Below the pieces are notes generated by a model that saw only the letters and a list, made by a program, of their open reading frames with translations, was not told the DNA's origin and made no database searches. Source: Camelus dromedarius (Eukaryota). From it: a stretch of 64,000 nt of DNA. Each line of letters begins with the position of its first letter. The stretch's first letter is position 1. A program made the position numbers and the translations under genes. Below are positions 50,997 to 63,014 of the stretch, one piece after another. Location: NCBI RefSeq assembly GCF_036321535.1, contig NC_087436.1, forward strand, positions 21,888,001-21,952,000, in the 5' to 3' direction.

Positions 50997-52304
50997 TAGA
51001 TATGTGACATCTAGTACCAAGAGTTAAGGAGTTAACTCATTTGAGTGTTTCAGAACAGCATTTTGTAATTCCTATTCCATAACCATTACCTTTTATGCCA
51101 TTTCCTGTTTGGTAAAATTCTGCTGCTGTTTGAGGATAAAATATCTGAATCTCATTCCTTTCAAATTTTCCATTTTGGTATAATTCTTACAGCTCTAAAA
51201 ACTGTTTTATAGACTCATATAAAAGAAAATTTCTGCCCTTTGCAGAAACTAAATTTGTATACAATAAAACCTCACTTGCAGTAGAATTCAATATTAATAT
51301 AGTTTAGTTTAATTTAGAATTCTGGTTTTCCTAAGAGAAATTCACATCCATACTACTGAAGTAATCTGTGTTTTCGGGTCTGTTACTATATTGGAGTCTA
51401 ATACTGAAAACAGGTTTTAAGTGGTTTTACTAAAAACTTCTACAGATAGCAAAAGTTCTTAGAGATGTGAGTTTTCATCTGTTTTGTCGTGTTAGTCTTG
51501 GAAATATAGTGATATTAACAGTAAGTGTGTATTTTCTCTAATTTTATTATACTTTAATATTGACCTGAAATGCTAATGACAAACTGATTTTATATGGAGT
51601 AGAAGGCAGGTGGGGAAGAATGATATATTACCTGCTTTGGGTGCTTCTGGTAATTATTAGTTCTTCAGCACTCTTTGTATAATGTCATCATGACTCATAG
51701 CAAAGGACCAGTTAATGATTGTTTGAAATTTTTCTGCAGCTGAAGAAACTCATACTTGGTTTAACTGCACTGCTAGATCCCAGCAGTATTTCAACAAGAT
51801 ATCCCTCTAAACCATGTAACTCACTTGTTTCACTATCAGCTGAGATAATATGACTCAGTTCCTGAGGCGAACAGGCGTTAATGGCAGGACATTAACTCGC
51901 TACTTATAACTGTCTGGGTAATAAAATGATGTCACCAGTATTCCACTTATGCTGCTGTAAGACAATGAAATAATCTACTGTGTTATAAATAAATTAGAGT
52001 TATATACCTTATGAAGATCAAACATGTAGTATTTATTTTTGTAAACAATTTCTTGGATGAGGACATTTTTTTTCCAGGTAGACCTTCAGTGTTTGTACAG
52101 GGGTAACACGTAGATCTTAGAGCATTAAGTCTTTAAAATTATGTTGTTATCGAAGTGTGCATATCCTCCTGTTGTTCCTAGATACTTTGCCATCCTCTTG
52201 TGTGGAGGGCTTGCTCGAACAATGGGTGTGTGTGTTGGGTTTGGGGGAAAGAATATATGTACATTCAAGGTAAACCTTGTATAGAACAGAAAATCAGCAT
52301 AAAT

Positions 52305-52850
52305 AGTATTTTAGTTATGTATTGCTATATAGCAAATTACCCTTCTATGCCACCCCCCAAAACCTTTGTGGCTTATACCAGCAAACATTTATTATCTCAC
52401 ACAGTTTCTATGGATCCAGTTTGGAAGCAGCTAAGCTGAATGATTCTGGCTTGGGATCTCTCATGAGGTTACAGTCAAGATGTCAGTTGGAGTTGCATTC
52501 ATCTGAAGGCTTGAGTGGGGTGTAAAGATCTGCTTCTGGGATGTCTTAATCACATGCGGGCAGTTGGTGCTGGCTCTCGGTAGGAGGCCTCAGTTCCTCA
52601 TCATGTGGGCTGTTCCATGGAGCTACTTGAGTGTCCTCTTCATGTCCTAGCTGATTTCTCCCAGAGCAAGTGATAACGAGAATGAGCAGAAGCCAAATGG
52701 CTTTTATGAACTAACCTTGGAAATCATACTACCATTTCAGAATATCTTATCAGATACGCAGGTCAGCCCTGATCAGTGTGGGAGAGAACTATGTGAGTGT
52801 GTGCATTCTAGAAGTTGATGATCATTAAAGGAGTTGACCTTAGAGGTAGG
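52305..52850 (-). mobile_element. MLT1G/H-like MaLR solo LTR
   Basis: agttatgtattgctatatagcaaattacc...catttattatctcacacagtttctatgg...ctcatgaggttacagtcaagatgtc...ggaggcctcagttcctc. Confidence 0.82.
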
Positions 52851-53284
52851 GAGGAAAAGAAAGAGCATGTGTAATTTGAAAGAAACACGGTATCTTGACT
52901 TTGTTTCAGAACAATGAGGTTCTCAATTATTTCAAAATTTCTAACTGAATTCAGCAAGGTGAAGTAGCAAAAACTTTTTGGATATTACTGTGTATACATA
53001 TAAATCACTTTTTAAAAATGCCAGTCACTCTGCAAGCCAGGTCATACAGATAATTGTCATTTTGTAGTATTGGAGTTCTGACACCAAAAAAGTGGCAGTG
53101 TTATAATTAGAAAAGTAAGATCTACAATTCCTGTCTTTTAACCTTTGGTCTTGGTCATTGCTTCCTGCCAGACCAGAAGCACCCCCAAGAGATTCCCCAA
53201 ATGCTTACTGCTGAAATCGGTCAATGTATTATACACCCATCTCTAGCCATTTTTCTATGAAACTGTAATTCAGAGATGTCAAAA

Positions 53285-53909
53285 TGTTGCAGAAAAATGT
53301 GTTACAGCTCGGTGTTACAGCTCAGTTGTGACAGCAACCTGTATCAGGGCGAGAGACCAAGCAGCACCCGGAGAGTTGGAGAACTCAGGTTTATTACACC
53401 AGCGGGCCCAGAAGAGTTAACACTTCAAGCTCTGGACCCCGTCTGTAGGTTTACACAGGCCTTTTATAGGCTGCCAGTTTTACACTTTGCAACATCATAT
53501 GCAAATAAAGTACAACAGAAGTTGACCAACCAGGAACAAGCTTTGTAGAAATAGACTAATCAGGAGTGAGCTCCATGTAAATGAAGCACTACAAATGGAC
53601 CAATCAGAAGTTAGGGAAGTGGACCAATCAGAAGTTAGGGAGGTGGACCAATCAGAAGTGATACTAATAACCAATCAGGAGTGAGAGTAATAACCAATCA
53701 GAAGTGAGAGTAATAACCAATCAGGAGTGAGGGAAATAACCAATCAGAAGTGACCTCAGGGAACCAATAGAATTCTAGGTGTAAGTTAGTCGCTTTAGAG
53801 GCAAAAAGTGAGATAAAGCCTCTGGGCCAGGGAACCGGATGCTAGTGGGAGGAGAGCAGCGGCCCTGCGTAGGGCTCATGCCAGTTTTTTTATGGGGCTT
53901 CCCGCCTGA
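53285..53909 (-). mobile_element. Lineage-specific ERV (probably ERV1) solo LTR
   Basis: Begins tgttgcag and ends ggggcttcccgcctga; minus-strand TATAAAA (53462-53468) then AATAAA (53390-53395); U3 carries a tandem CCAAT array; CpGs retained. Confidence 0.82.
53462..53770 (-). promoter_or_regulatory. LTR U3 promoter: 8 CCAAT (NF-Y) boxes at 23-24 bp spacing, octamer ATGCAAAT, TATA box
   Basis: CCAAT starts at 53600, 53624, 53648, 53671, 53694, 53717, 53740 and 53764; ATGCAAAT at 53499-53506; TATAAAA on minus strand at 53462-53468; activity not shown. Confidence 0.7.
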
Positions 53910-54899
53910 AATTTGCTGTATCTGTCCCACTGGTAATTGTACATGCTTATAGATTTTAAGACCTTTGTGACACCTTCTGATGATGTATGAAAGACAGCGA
54001 GTACCTTACCTCCACAAACATTTAACTTTGTAAACATCAAATGATGGTAAAAGGAAATGCATCCTTCTAACCAAGGTAGCTGAACTGCAGCTATAGAGCT
54101 AGACTTCTGACATGGAAACCCGGAGTAGAACAGTGAAGAGTTATCAGCACTGCTAAGGTGGATTAGGGGAGAAGAGTGGGTGAGTAACCATATTTTTCCT
54201 TTGAAGCATGACTCAGGGTCTTGTTCTTACAACCCTTTCAATGGAACCCATCTCTAGTGTCATCACAGGGTGAGCTGTTAAAGTAAATGACAAGATTAGC
54301 TTGAGATGTTTTGAAGAAGAGATGTTAAGGTCAGTCCAGATGCTCACTGTCTTTGTTTGGGCCCAAAACATTTTCATAAAAATGTATTGTTTCTGATGAA
54401 TGACTAATCCGATTGAAGGAAAAACAAGGATGCACCTGGTATCTTTCTGCACCATGGGATTGCATTTCCTGGATATATTTTACTACCTCGTTCCAAGAAG
54501 TCAACTGTCTAGTGTTATCAGCTGCATAGCATCAGATATTTTTGTGTTTAATTAGGCTAAGAGTCTGATTTATGACACTTGAGTTAAGGTTCAGTAAGGT
54601 CACTCAACTCAAAGAGACCAACCCCCGATGTGAATAGTCGGTTACTGCCTGCTTCCTGACACTCAGGATGCTTTAATAGACCCAATGACTATTGTTAGGA
54701 TAAAAATGCTGTTCTATTTGTAGACCTGAATTCCTGTTCTCTTGCAAAAACCAAGAACATTGAAAAATGATTTTCTCATAGGCTTGTTGTAGGAGTGACA
54801 GAGCTCTTTTTGGACAGCTGTGGAATTTATTTTCTGGGCCAGCTGTGCAGAGGATGGAAAATGGGGATGGTGAGGGTTAGGCTGCATCTTTTTGGTCTG

Positions 54900-55235
54900 G
54901 TTGTATGTAAACTAGATGGAGAGAGGAATTTGCTGCTCAGATTCCTGGAGCAGTGATTAGAGGAACGTTTAAGAAAGAACTGTTTACAAAGATGTGGTCA
55001 GGGTTTAGGGAAAATAACAAATGTGACTCAGTGCCATGGCAATTGTGACAGTAGAGAACTATTGTTTTCTCTAGGTCTTTAGGGGCAGAGGAAGGGAGAG
55101 ACAGAGAATCCAGAGTGAAGTGAGTCACTGGACAGCCAGCCGGTAGTGACCTGACTGAGAGACCCAGGGAGACAAATACCCAGACCCTGCTCTCCTGTCG
55201 AGTTCTAACTGATGCCACGCTTGACTGGAAGCCTG
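54900..55235 (-). mobile_element. Ancient LTR (ERVL-like, family uncertain)
   Basis: gtttaagaaagaactgtttacaaagatgtggtcagggtttagggaaaataacaa resembles an old LTR antisense motif. Confidence 0.45.
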
Positions 55236-55768
55236 CTGCTACTATTTCTCAGTATTCCTTTGGTGTTTCGCTGTAACCTGGGGTTAAAACATCCAGGTTG
55301 CTGTAATTGAATTTAGATCCTTAGGAACCTCACTTCCAACTAAAGGAGGCAGGGAACATTTCCCTGAATCTCCTCATAAGAACCAGGAAGTGTGGTGAAT
55401 TTCTTTACTGCAAAAGATGACCGGCTGGGTTGACCCTGTGCGAATTAAATTTATGATGGAAAAGTTTAGTCAACTATTCCTGCTTCCTCCAGTAAATGAA
55501 TCTCGTGAGGAATTCCTCTAGAAAGCATTTTAAATGTGCTTATTGCACAGAATGACGAAAAGGAATCTGGCTGGGAATGATGCCTTTTCTTGACATTTAT
55601 TATCTAATTAAGTAATCTCCCAATAAAACAGGCATTTAAAATTTCACAGGAACCAAAAAAGAGCAATAATAATATTAAAAACTAATATTTGTAGATCACA
55701 GTACAATGCACAAAGGACCTCCACATTTCCTGGTTCAGTGGTTTTCTAGCTTTGTTTCATTCATGAAC

Positions 55769-55770
<2 letters not shown>

Positions 55771-55798
<28 letters not shown>
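55771..55798. repeat. (TG)14 microsatellite
   Basis: Seen directly. Confidence 0.95.
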
Positions 55799-55802
<4 letters not shown>

Positions 55803-56329
55803 ACATGAAAATGGGGATTTCTGGTTCAAGCCCACCTGGTCAGCCCTCTTTTCTCCACTCTGAGGTAACATCATGGTGGGGTGCTGGGTTTCTGAGGAGT
55901 ACGGTGTGAAAGCATCTTTCTTGTCTCTTTCTGGATTCCCTTCCTTCCTTGGACACAAGGCTCAGTCATGCCACTGCATTTGGGAGTTCTATTCCAAATA
56001 CAGAGGGCTGGTTCTCAGGACAGTCTTCCCTGAACATATTTGTGTTAGTGTAGAGGAAGTCACTTAATGAGGGCTTTGAGAACAGAAGAAAAACAGAGAA
56101 GAATCGAAAGGACCCTTAGCAGCTCTTTTTGCCCCATTGTGATTATGTTTGAAACTTGATGTGTTGTCTGTGACCAAGAGTGAATGGAGTTTGGGATTTC
56201 AAGTCCCCCCAACCCCACCTTCTAGAATTCAGCCAAGTGAAAATGGTTGGATAGCCTCTTTTAGTCAGCAGACCACATGTGGTCTTCTAAGCAATAATTT
56301 TAAGAGGTCATTCAAAGAATAATATGGCA

Positions 56330-56466
56330 GGGGGAGGGCCTAGCTCTATGGTAAAGCATATGCTTAGCATGCACAAGGTTCTGGGTTCAATCCCCAGTAC
56401 CTCTATTAAATAAATAAGTAAACCTAATTATCTACTTCCCCCCCCCCAAACAAAAACCAAAAGAAT
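56330..56466 (+). mobile_element. Camelid tRNA-derived SINE (Vic-1 type)
   Basis: gggggagggcctagctctatggtaaagcatatgcttagcatgcacaaggttctgggttcaatccccagtacctc plus tail aaacctaattatctacttcccccc. Confidence 0.92.
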
Positions 56467-56959
56467 GAGGTATCACCTCACACCAGTCAGAATGGCCGTC
56501 ATTCAAAAATCCACAAATGACAAATGCTGGAGAGGCTGTGGAGAAAGGGGAACCCTCCTACACTGCTGGTGGGAATGCAGTTTGGTGCAGCCACTATGGA
56601 AAACAGTGTGGAGATTCCTCAAAAGACTAGGAATAGACTTACCATATGACCCAGGAATCCCACTCCTGGGCTTGTATCCAGAAGGAAATCTACTTCAGGA
56701 TGACACCTGCACCCCAATGTTCATAGCAGCACTATTTACAATAGCCAAAACATGGAAACAGCCTAAATGTCCATCAACAGGTGACTGGATAAAGAAGAGG
56801 TGGTATATTTATACAATGGAATACTACTCAGCCATAAAAACTGACAACATAATGCCATTTGCAGCAACATGGATGCTCCTGGAGAATGTCATTCTAAGTG
56901 AAGTAAGCCAGAAAGAGAAAGAAAAATACCATATGAGATCGCTCATATGTGGAATCTAA
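56465..56959 (+). pseudogene. Truncated L1 ORF2p C-terminal 164 aa including the Cys-rich CCHC motif
   Basis: [11 protein letters not shown]...[18 protein letters not shown]...[11 protein letters not shown]...[18 protein letters not shown]...LSEVSQKEK, canonical ORF2p C-terminus with no internal stop. Confidence 0.95.
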
Positions 56960-57282
56960 AAAACAAAAACAAAAACAAACAAACAAACAAAAACAAAGCG
57001 TAAATAAAGGACAGAAATAGACTCACAGACAGAGAACAGACTTGTGGTTACCAGGGGGGTGGAGGGTGGGAAGGGATAGACTGGGATTTCAAAATTGTAG
57101 AATAGACTACACTGTATAGCACAGGGAAATATACACAAAATGTTATGATAACTCACAGAGAGAAAAATGTGACAATGAGTGTGTATATGTCCATGAATAA
57201 CTGAAAAATTGTGCTGAACACTGGAATTTGACACAACATTGTAAAATTATTATAAATCAATAAAAAATGTTAAAAAAAAAAA
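56467..57282 (+). mobile_element. Young 5'-truncated L1 (ORF2 C-terminus, 3'UTR, polyA)
   Basis: Uninterrupted ORF2 end, G-rich 3'UTR tract, AATAAA at 57259-57264, A tail; TSD caaaagaat at 56458-56466 and 57283-57291. Confidence 0.96.
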
Positions 57283-58039
57283 CAAAAGAATATTCAAAGG
57301 GTAATATGGTATAACTAAACTAAGTCTTATTTTCACCACCATGTACTAAGATCTTTATCCGTGCAATATTTAAAATAATCCCAAGGGACAGTGTGTGTGT
57401 GTGAGCATTTATGCTGTTTCTCTTTCTACCTGCCTATGTATTAAAGGCTTGTGTGTCAGCCTCTAAGCTGAGTTCTCTGAATCATTTCTTTTAAAACACA
57501 TTATTATTGTGATAATAATAATAATAATTTCCTGTGATAAGGAATTGTGGCTGGCCGAAGTAGCTTAGGTAAGATCTTACCATTGCACGTGTCCATGACC
57601 CATGCTTTTAACTGCAGTCCTACATCACTTGTACAAGCTTGACACAGCTCTGCTCCAAAATTGACAAGAACAATGATGACAACAACACAATATGAAATGT
57701 CAAAAATCATGGTAAATTGATGGTAAAAAAAAAAAAAAGGACAGCACACATTTTAATGAAAGTATATTATAAATTCTAACTACATGCTCAGTTGAAAGTT
57801 GAGGGAGGAGTTTGGTCACACCCATTCTCCTGTGATCAGTGAATGATCTGACAAAGGAATTGACCTCTAAGTACCTTTTGATGAAAGAATAAAGGAAGAT
57901 TGGATCTGACACAAGAGAAGCCATACGAGGCTTTCAAGGAAGGGACATTTTCAAGGCTAGCTCACTCTTGGCCTGTACCTTTGTGAAGATCTATTCCAGG
58001 TAATTCAGAATTTCCAGGAAGGCAGCATTACCCCATTCT

Positions 58040-58380
58040 TCTTACATTTTCATATGCATAAGAGTTTCACATGGTTGATCTCTGCTTATCATTCAAATCT
58101 CAGATCAAACATTGTCCACTTGGAGATGGATATCTTTCCAAACACCTGCCCACTCTAACCAGCCTCCTCTCCAGAGTCCAAATCCTGTGACTGTTAAGAA
58201 TTACTGCCTAAAATTATCTTTTTGATCAGTTTATTTTTCATTGTCTGTTTCTCCCCACTAGAATATAAGCTCCACAGAGCAGGAATCTTGTCTTTGTTTG
58301 CTCTGTGTCTTCAGAATCTAGACTATAATATCTGGTACATAGAAGGCACTGTATAAATATTTGCTCATTAAATTAATATT
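58040..58380 (+). mobile_element. L2 3' end (L2a-like)
   Basis: gtttctccccactagaatataagctccacagagcaggaatcttgtc...tctggtacatagaaggcactgtataaatatttg. Confidence 0.8.
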
Positions 58381-59144
58381 CTGAGGCTCTTGAAGTGCTC
58401 TGTAATATTAAGAATTTCAGCCATATACGATTTCAAATCTGTTTTATAGAGTTATTAATGAGAGTTTAAAATTCTTAAAATATAATATGAATATAAAGAA
58501 CTGCATGCAAAATTTTAAATTCAGGATGATTTGAACTGAAAAAGCTTAATAAAGAAAAGGTTGTAAAGATATTACATATTATATATGGTTGTTATGGTGG
58601 TGGATTGTGAGTAATTTTATCTTGTACTTATCTAACGGTATAATGAGCACAAATATTTTATAAGGACATATAGAATAATCAAGAACTGAAAAAATTCTAA
58701 GTAGATCAACAGTAATTTTCCAGTGCCATAGCTTTGCTGTCAGACATACTTGTCAGTTATGTATTAGAGACTCTGAGTAGACAGTTGTGACAATCACCAT
58801 GATGGTGATGAGATATGGTAAGAAAGCAAGAATGGAACAGAAATTTGGGGGGAAGTGGAGATATGAGAATCATTTACCATTTATTTTTGTTTTTGCATAA
58901 ACCTTCACAAACTCAACTAGTAATGTTTACATTTTCAGTCTTTTCTGATCTCTTAGAAGATGGGGTATAGAAAAAGACATAGAATATCAACCAAGGTGAC
59001 CTGGAAATACTGGGTTATATGGACAAATGGCACTTCATTTGTGATTTGATATATTACTAATGTTTAATACTATCTTGAGTTTACGGTGGATGTATGGATG
59101 GGATCAAAATCTTTGGCCTGACTTACAAATCAGCCAACTGGGCT

Positions 59145-59240
59145 GTATGTCAATGAGAGCAGGAACTGTGTTTTTTCAGACACCTTGTAGCCACAGGGCC
59201 TAGTGCAATGCCATGTATGTAAAAGGCACTTGACTACTTT
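59145..59240 (+). mobile_element. L2 3' fragment
   Basis: atgagagcaggaactgtgtt...cagggcctagtgcaatgcc. Confidence 0.5.
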
Positions 59241-59726
59241 TTAAGACGTTAATATACTAGTCATGTTTTTTATAATATTAAATATATAGAGCAAAAAGTT
59301 GTTTCCTCTGTTATAATATTCTTAAGCCAAATTTCATATTACTGTTCTGCTTTTGAGAAAAAATGTTACCTAACCAGTGAATGAATCTTCTGTTTCACCT
59401 AGAGTCAATTCAGTGAGTTAGCAATATATACATTCCTGACTTAGAATCTTATAAATGGCTATGTCACATCAAATTGCATCAACTCAAATATACACATATG
59501 GAAATGATTCCAATGTTTTGCTGGAATATCATTTAAAAAGTACAAAACTTAAAAAATCTATTTCAGTAGTGGTTTTAAATCTTATTTTAAATATTATAGT
59601 TTGGGGGTAGATAGGTAATTCTTATACTCTAAACAATTATATTTTCAATTATGAAAATCTATCTAAATATTCCTTTTAACTCTATGTTATAGAGGCAGTT
59701 GTTATGAAATCTTCTTTTTTAAAAGC

Positions 59727-59903
59727 ATTGGTTCTCAACTTGGGCTGCTTATTAAAATCACCTGAGGAAGCTTTAAAAAAATACTGATGTCTGGTTCCCA
59801 GCCTACAGATTCTGATATAATTGATCTGGGGGCAGTCCAGGCATTCAAGTGTTTAAAAGCTCCCAGGGTGTTTCTGATGTACAACCAAGGTTGTGATCTA
59901 CTG
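59727..59903. mobile_element. MER5-family hAT-Charlie element
   Basis: ggttctcaacttgggctgcttattaaaatcacctgaggaagctttaaaaaaatactgatg...aaaagctcccagggtgtttctgatgtacaaccaaggttg. Confidence 0.82.
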
Positions 59904-61589
59904 ATTAAACTGTTAACCCCCTTTTCTACTTAGACGATGGTATTGTTTTCCAAACAAACTAACATGCTGACTTTTGTTAACTCAGCATCTATAACTGGTA
60001 CTAATTAATCTACAGAAAAGTTCCTTCCAAACGATGTCTATAGAAGATTTCTAGATGATAAAATTTTTTCCCCTTTATATGGATGGTCAGGCAGATCATC
60101 TGTTAGGGTTATTGTAAAGGGTGATTTTATAGATTTCCTGCTCTTAATAAATTTAAAATAAAAATTTTTTTTGTAAAGTTCTTCTTAGCATCGTGTCCTG
60201 GTCTGTACCTCACTGAGGTTACACTTACTGTCCCCCTTTTCAAAAGTGCATTAGAGAGAACTAGCACTTTGAAGGTTTTATTCTTTGACTCAAAATTTTA
60301 GGGTAAAATTGAAAAAAGAAATGAACTTAATGGAAAGTTAAAGTAGGAATAGCATATTGAACCAACCAAAATGTACCCTCTGGAGCTCATAAAGAGAAAA
60401 GAAATTTGAAAATTTTAATACAACTCTGCTTTATATAGGAATAGAAAATGAAGCAAGATATCTCGCATTTCCCAGGATCTCAGAAACCAAGTCAAGTTCA
60501 ATTTGGAACTGACAGGTCTATCTGAAGGAAAAATTAGTTTAGAAAACTTAGGGGTGGGCAGAGATCCATTGTTTTTCAACTTTAAGTTTCTTTTAGTTTG
60601 GTGGCTTAAAAGCATTCTTTATATATTGATTTAATAGTGAATTATTGAGTGGAGACTTCAGGGATTTTATGCATTTACTGCTCATATTCTAATGCATTTT
60701 TAAATTTAAAATACAGCTCTTGAGGAAACTCAGATACTCTTTAACATATTGCTAAGAAAGCACAAGACTGATATAAATAATAGAAGCTCTAAACGTGGGA
60801 CAAATAAAAATAAGCCATAGTGTCTAAGGTTTATTACTCAACATGTGGTTCATGAGAATGAAGTAGAGGCTGACATTACAAAATAAACCAAGCTCATTCA
60901 CATCTGAGCCACACAGAATCACTTTGTCAGTTTGTCCTGATACAGATTTTCTAGCTGTGTGCAAAAGGGGAGGAGGAGGGAAGGTGTTTAATTTTTTATT
61001 GTGTGCTTGCCAAATAAAATGATGTCAGTGTGTCACAAGTGGATTAAATGTATGTATGTTCTTTATTATTGCTACAATAACTGCTTTTTGAGTAAATGAA
61101 AAAGAAATCAGGTAATCTGTTTAAGTTAACTTGCCAGTTATTAAGAGAGCATTTGCAAACTTAGTGATTCTTCTAAGGGGGCTACAGGCTAACTAAAGAG
61201 CCCTTCTTTTGTCAGTGAGATAGTGACAGGGGGTGGCAGTCTGTATTATTAGTTGTTGTGCACCTAAATTGATTGAGATGGATCTCTAAAGAGATAATGG
61301 CAGAGTGGCAGTTCATTAGCCTATCCAGATTAATTAAACATCTAATTAGATTTTTCCTGGGAAATACCTTCATGTGATTATGAGACCAAAGTGATTCCAA
61401 AAGCCAGCCCACAAATTGGATTATTTGGATCTTAAATTCTCATTTAGATAATGGTGTTTGAAGAGTTAGCTTGGTCTCAAAATATTAAATGATGAACTCA
61501 GGACTTAATTAGACATCAGTTATTTCCTTGCTTGTTTATTAAGTAGCTAATTCTGGGGTCCCTATTTTCCTTTCTTATTGCGGTGTGTA

Positions 61590-61815
61590 AGTCATCATCA
61601 CGTACTGAGAGTTTACTGCAAGGCGGACTCCGTGCTTCTCAGTGACGGCACGTCATCTTGCTAAATCTGTACAATGACACTGTGAAGCAGGGGTTATTAT
61701 TCCTCTTTCACACCCAGGAGAAAACTAAGCCTGAGAATTAAACAACTGGGCCACGCTGCCACAGTTAGGAAGTGGCAGACCCTGCGCCTCAGCCACAGTG
61801 GTCCATGTCCTACAC
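61590..61815 (-). mobile_element. MIR
   Basis: actgagagtttactg...ttattattcctctttcacacccaggagaaaactaagcctgaga...cacagttaggaagtggcaga. Confidence 0.65.
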
Positions 61816-61912
61816 CAATATGGGCTCATTTCATGTTAAAGTAATAATTCAATATTCTGTAAATGTTATTGGTTCTACTCATGTTTCTCAGTGATAGTCT
61901 TCCCCAGAGCTA

Positions 61913-62057
61913 CAGCTGACCTTCCGATCCATGCGTTCCACATCGTGTAGGGCTGACTGTGCTCTGCCATCTTGTATAAGGGACTTGAGCACCTGCAGAT
62001 TCAGGTGCCCTTGGGGATCCTGGAACCAGTCCCCCCGTAGATACCAAGGGATGACTG
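61913..62057. mobile_element. MER2-like TcMar-Tigger MITE (internally deleted) flanked by TA
   Basis: ta|cagctgaccttccgatccatgcg ... gggacttgagcacctgcagatt...cctggaaccagtccccccgtagataccaagggatgactg|ta. Confidence 0.82.
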
Positions 62058-62201
62058 TATTTGTAGCTACTTTTCAGTTGCCTGCTTTTGTTGTTTTTAG
62101 GATCTATAATCTAACTTATTCTGGTGGAGGCTTTTTAGCACAACCTAATTTTCCTGACCAGGCTGAGACTTAAGGAAGCGTGCTCAAGGGATCCTATATA
62201 C

Positions 62202-62411
62202 CAGGTTTTCTCAGCCATGCATTATTAACATTTTTTGAGGGGCTGCCTTATACATTGTAAAATGATTAACAGCATCCCTGATCTCTATGCATTAGATGCC
62301 AAAAGCAAACCTCCCCCTTCTCTTCCTCCCTAATTGTGACAACCAAGAATGTCTCTGGACTTTATCAAATGTTCCCTGTTTGGCAAAATTGCTATTGGTT
62401 GAGAAGTACTG
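62202..62411 (-). mobile_element. MER20 (hAT-Charlie)
   Basis: ttaacagcatccctgatctctatgcattagatgcc...ttgtgacaaccaagaatgtctctggac...ggttgagaagtactg. Confidence 0.85.
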
Positions 62412-62499
62412 GTTGATAGAGGCAAGAAATTTTATTGAATATTTTACTCATCACACCTATTACCACCACTGTGTTATGGTTGAAGTGCTTTACAGTGGT

Positions 62500-63014
62500 T
62501 GTCAAAGAGCAGTTGCATTGGGTGAAGTTAAACAGGCAAGGAAGACTTTGATAAAGACTAGTGCAACAGGGAAGAGAAATTAAATTCAACTTCATTGAAA
62601 CAAAGGGCTGGAAGAGCATTTAAGCACTGTGGTGAGCTGGTAGAAAAGTACTGGAGGACATTCGGGGGCAGGCTGGTCCGTGAGCAGTGTGATGAGGCCG
62701 TCTGTGGTTGCTAACTGATGCTATGGAAGTTAGGCTGCTACCCTCTCACAGAGGCTGGGTGAGAGGGGCACTATCATTCTTAATGATTCCATCTTAAAAG
62801 GATGGTCCCCAGGTTCTTGGAAAAGACAGTCCTGAGTTGTAAAACTGGCAAGAACCTGGGTGAAGATTTACACATCAAAGAGGCAGAGAAAGAATTTACA
62901 GTTACAAGTTTTCTAAAGTAAATCCTCTAAGGAAAAGAGATCAGGAGACTCTCATGAGAAAGAAACCATCTGAAGTTTAGTGAAGCTGAGGAGAATGTTA
63001 AGGCCTCTTGGTCA
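62500..63014 (-). mobile_element. MER31/MER67-group ERV1 solo LTR
   Basis: TG...CA termini; gaggcagagaaagaatttacagttacaagttttctaaagtaaat...gtttagtgaagctgaggagaatgttaaggcctcttggtca; 4 bp flanks tggt and gggt. Confidence 0.8.

Noticed and set aside
53595..53770. Regular 23-24 bp repeats as a CRISPR-like array
   Set aside because: Units are contiguous diverged tandem copies with no unique spacers, there are no cas genes, and the context is a mammalian LTR
60239..60283. Inverted repeat ttcaaaagtgc...gcactttgaa as a pre-miRNA or MITE
   Set aside because: The stem is only about 10 bp with a bulge, too short to distinguish from chance
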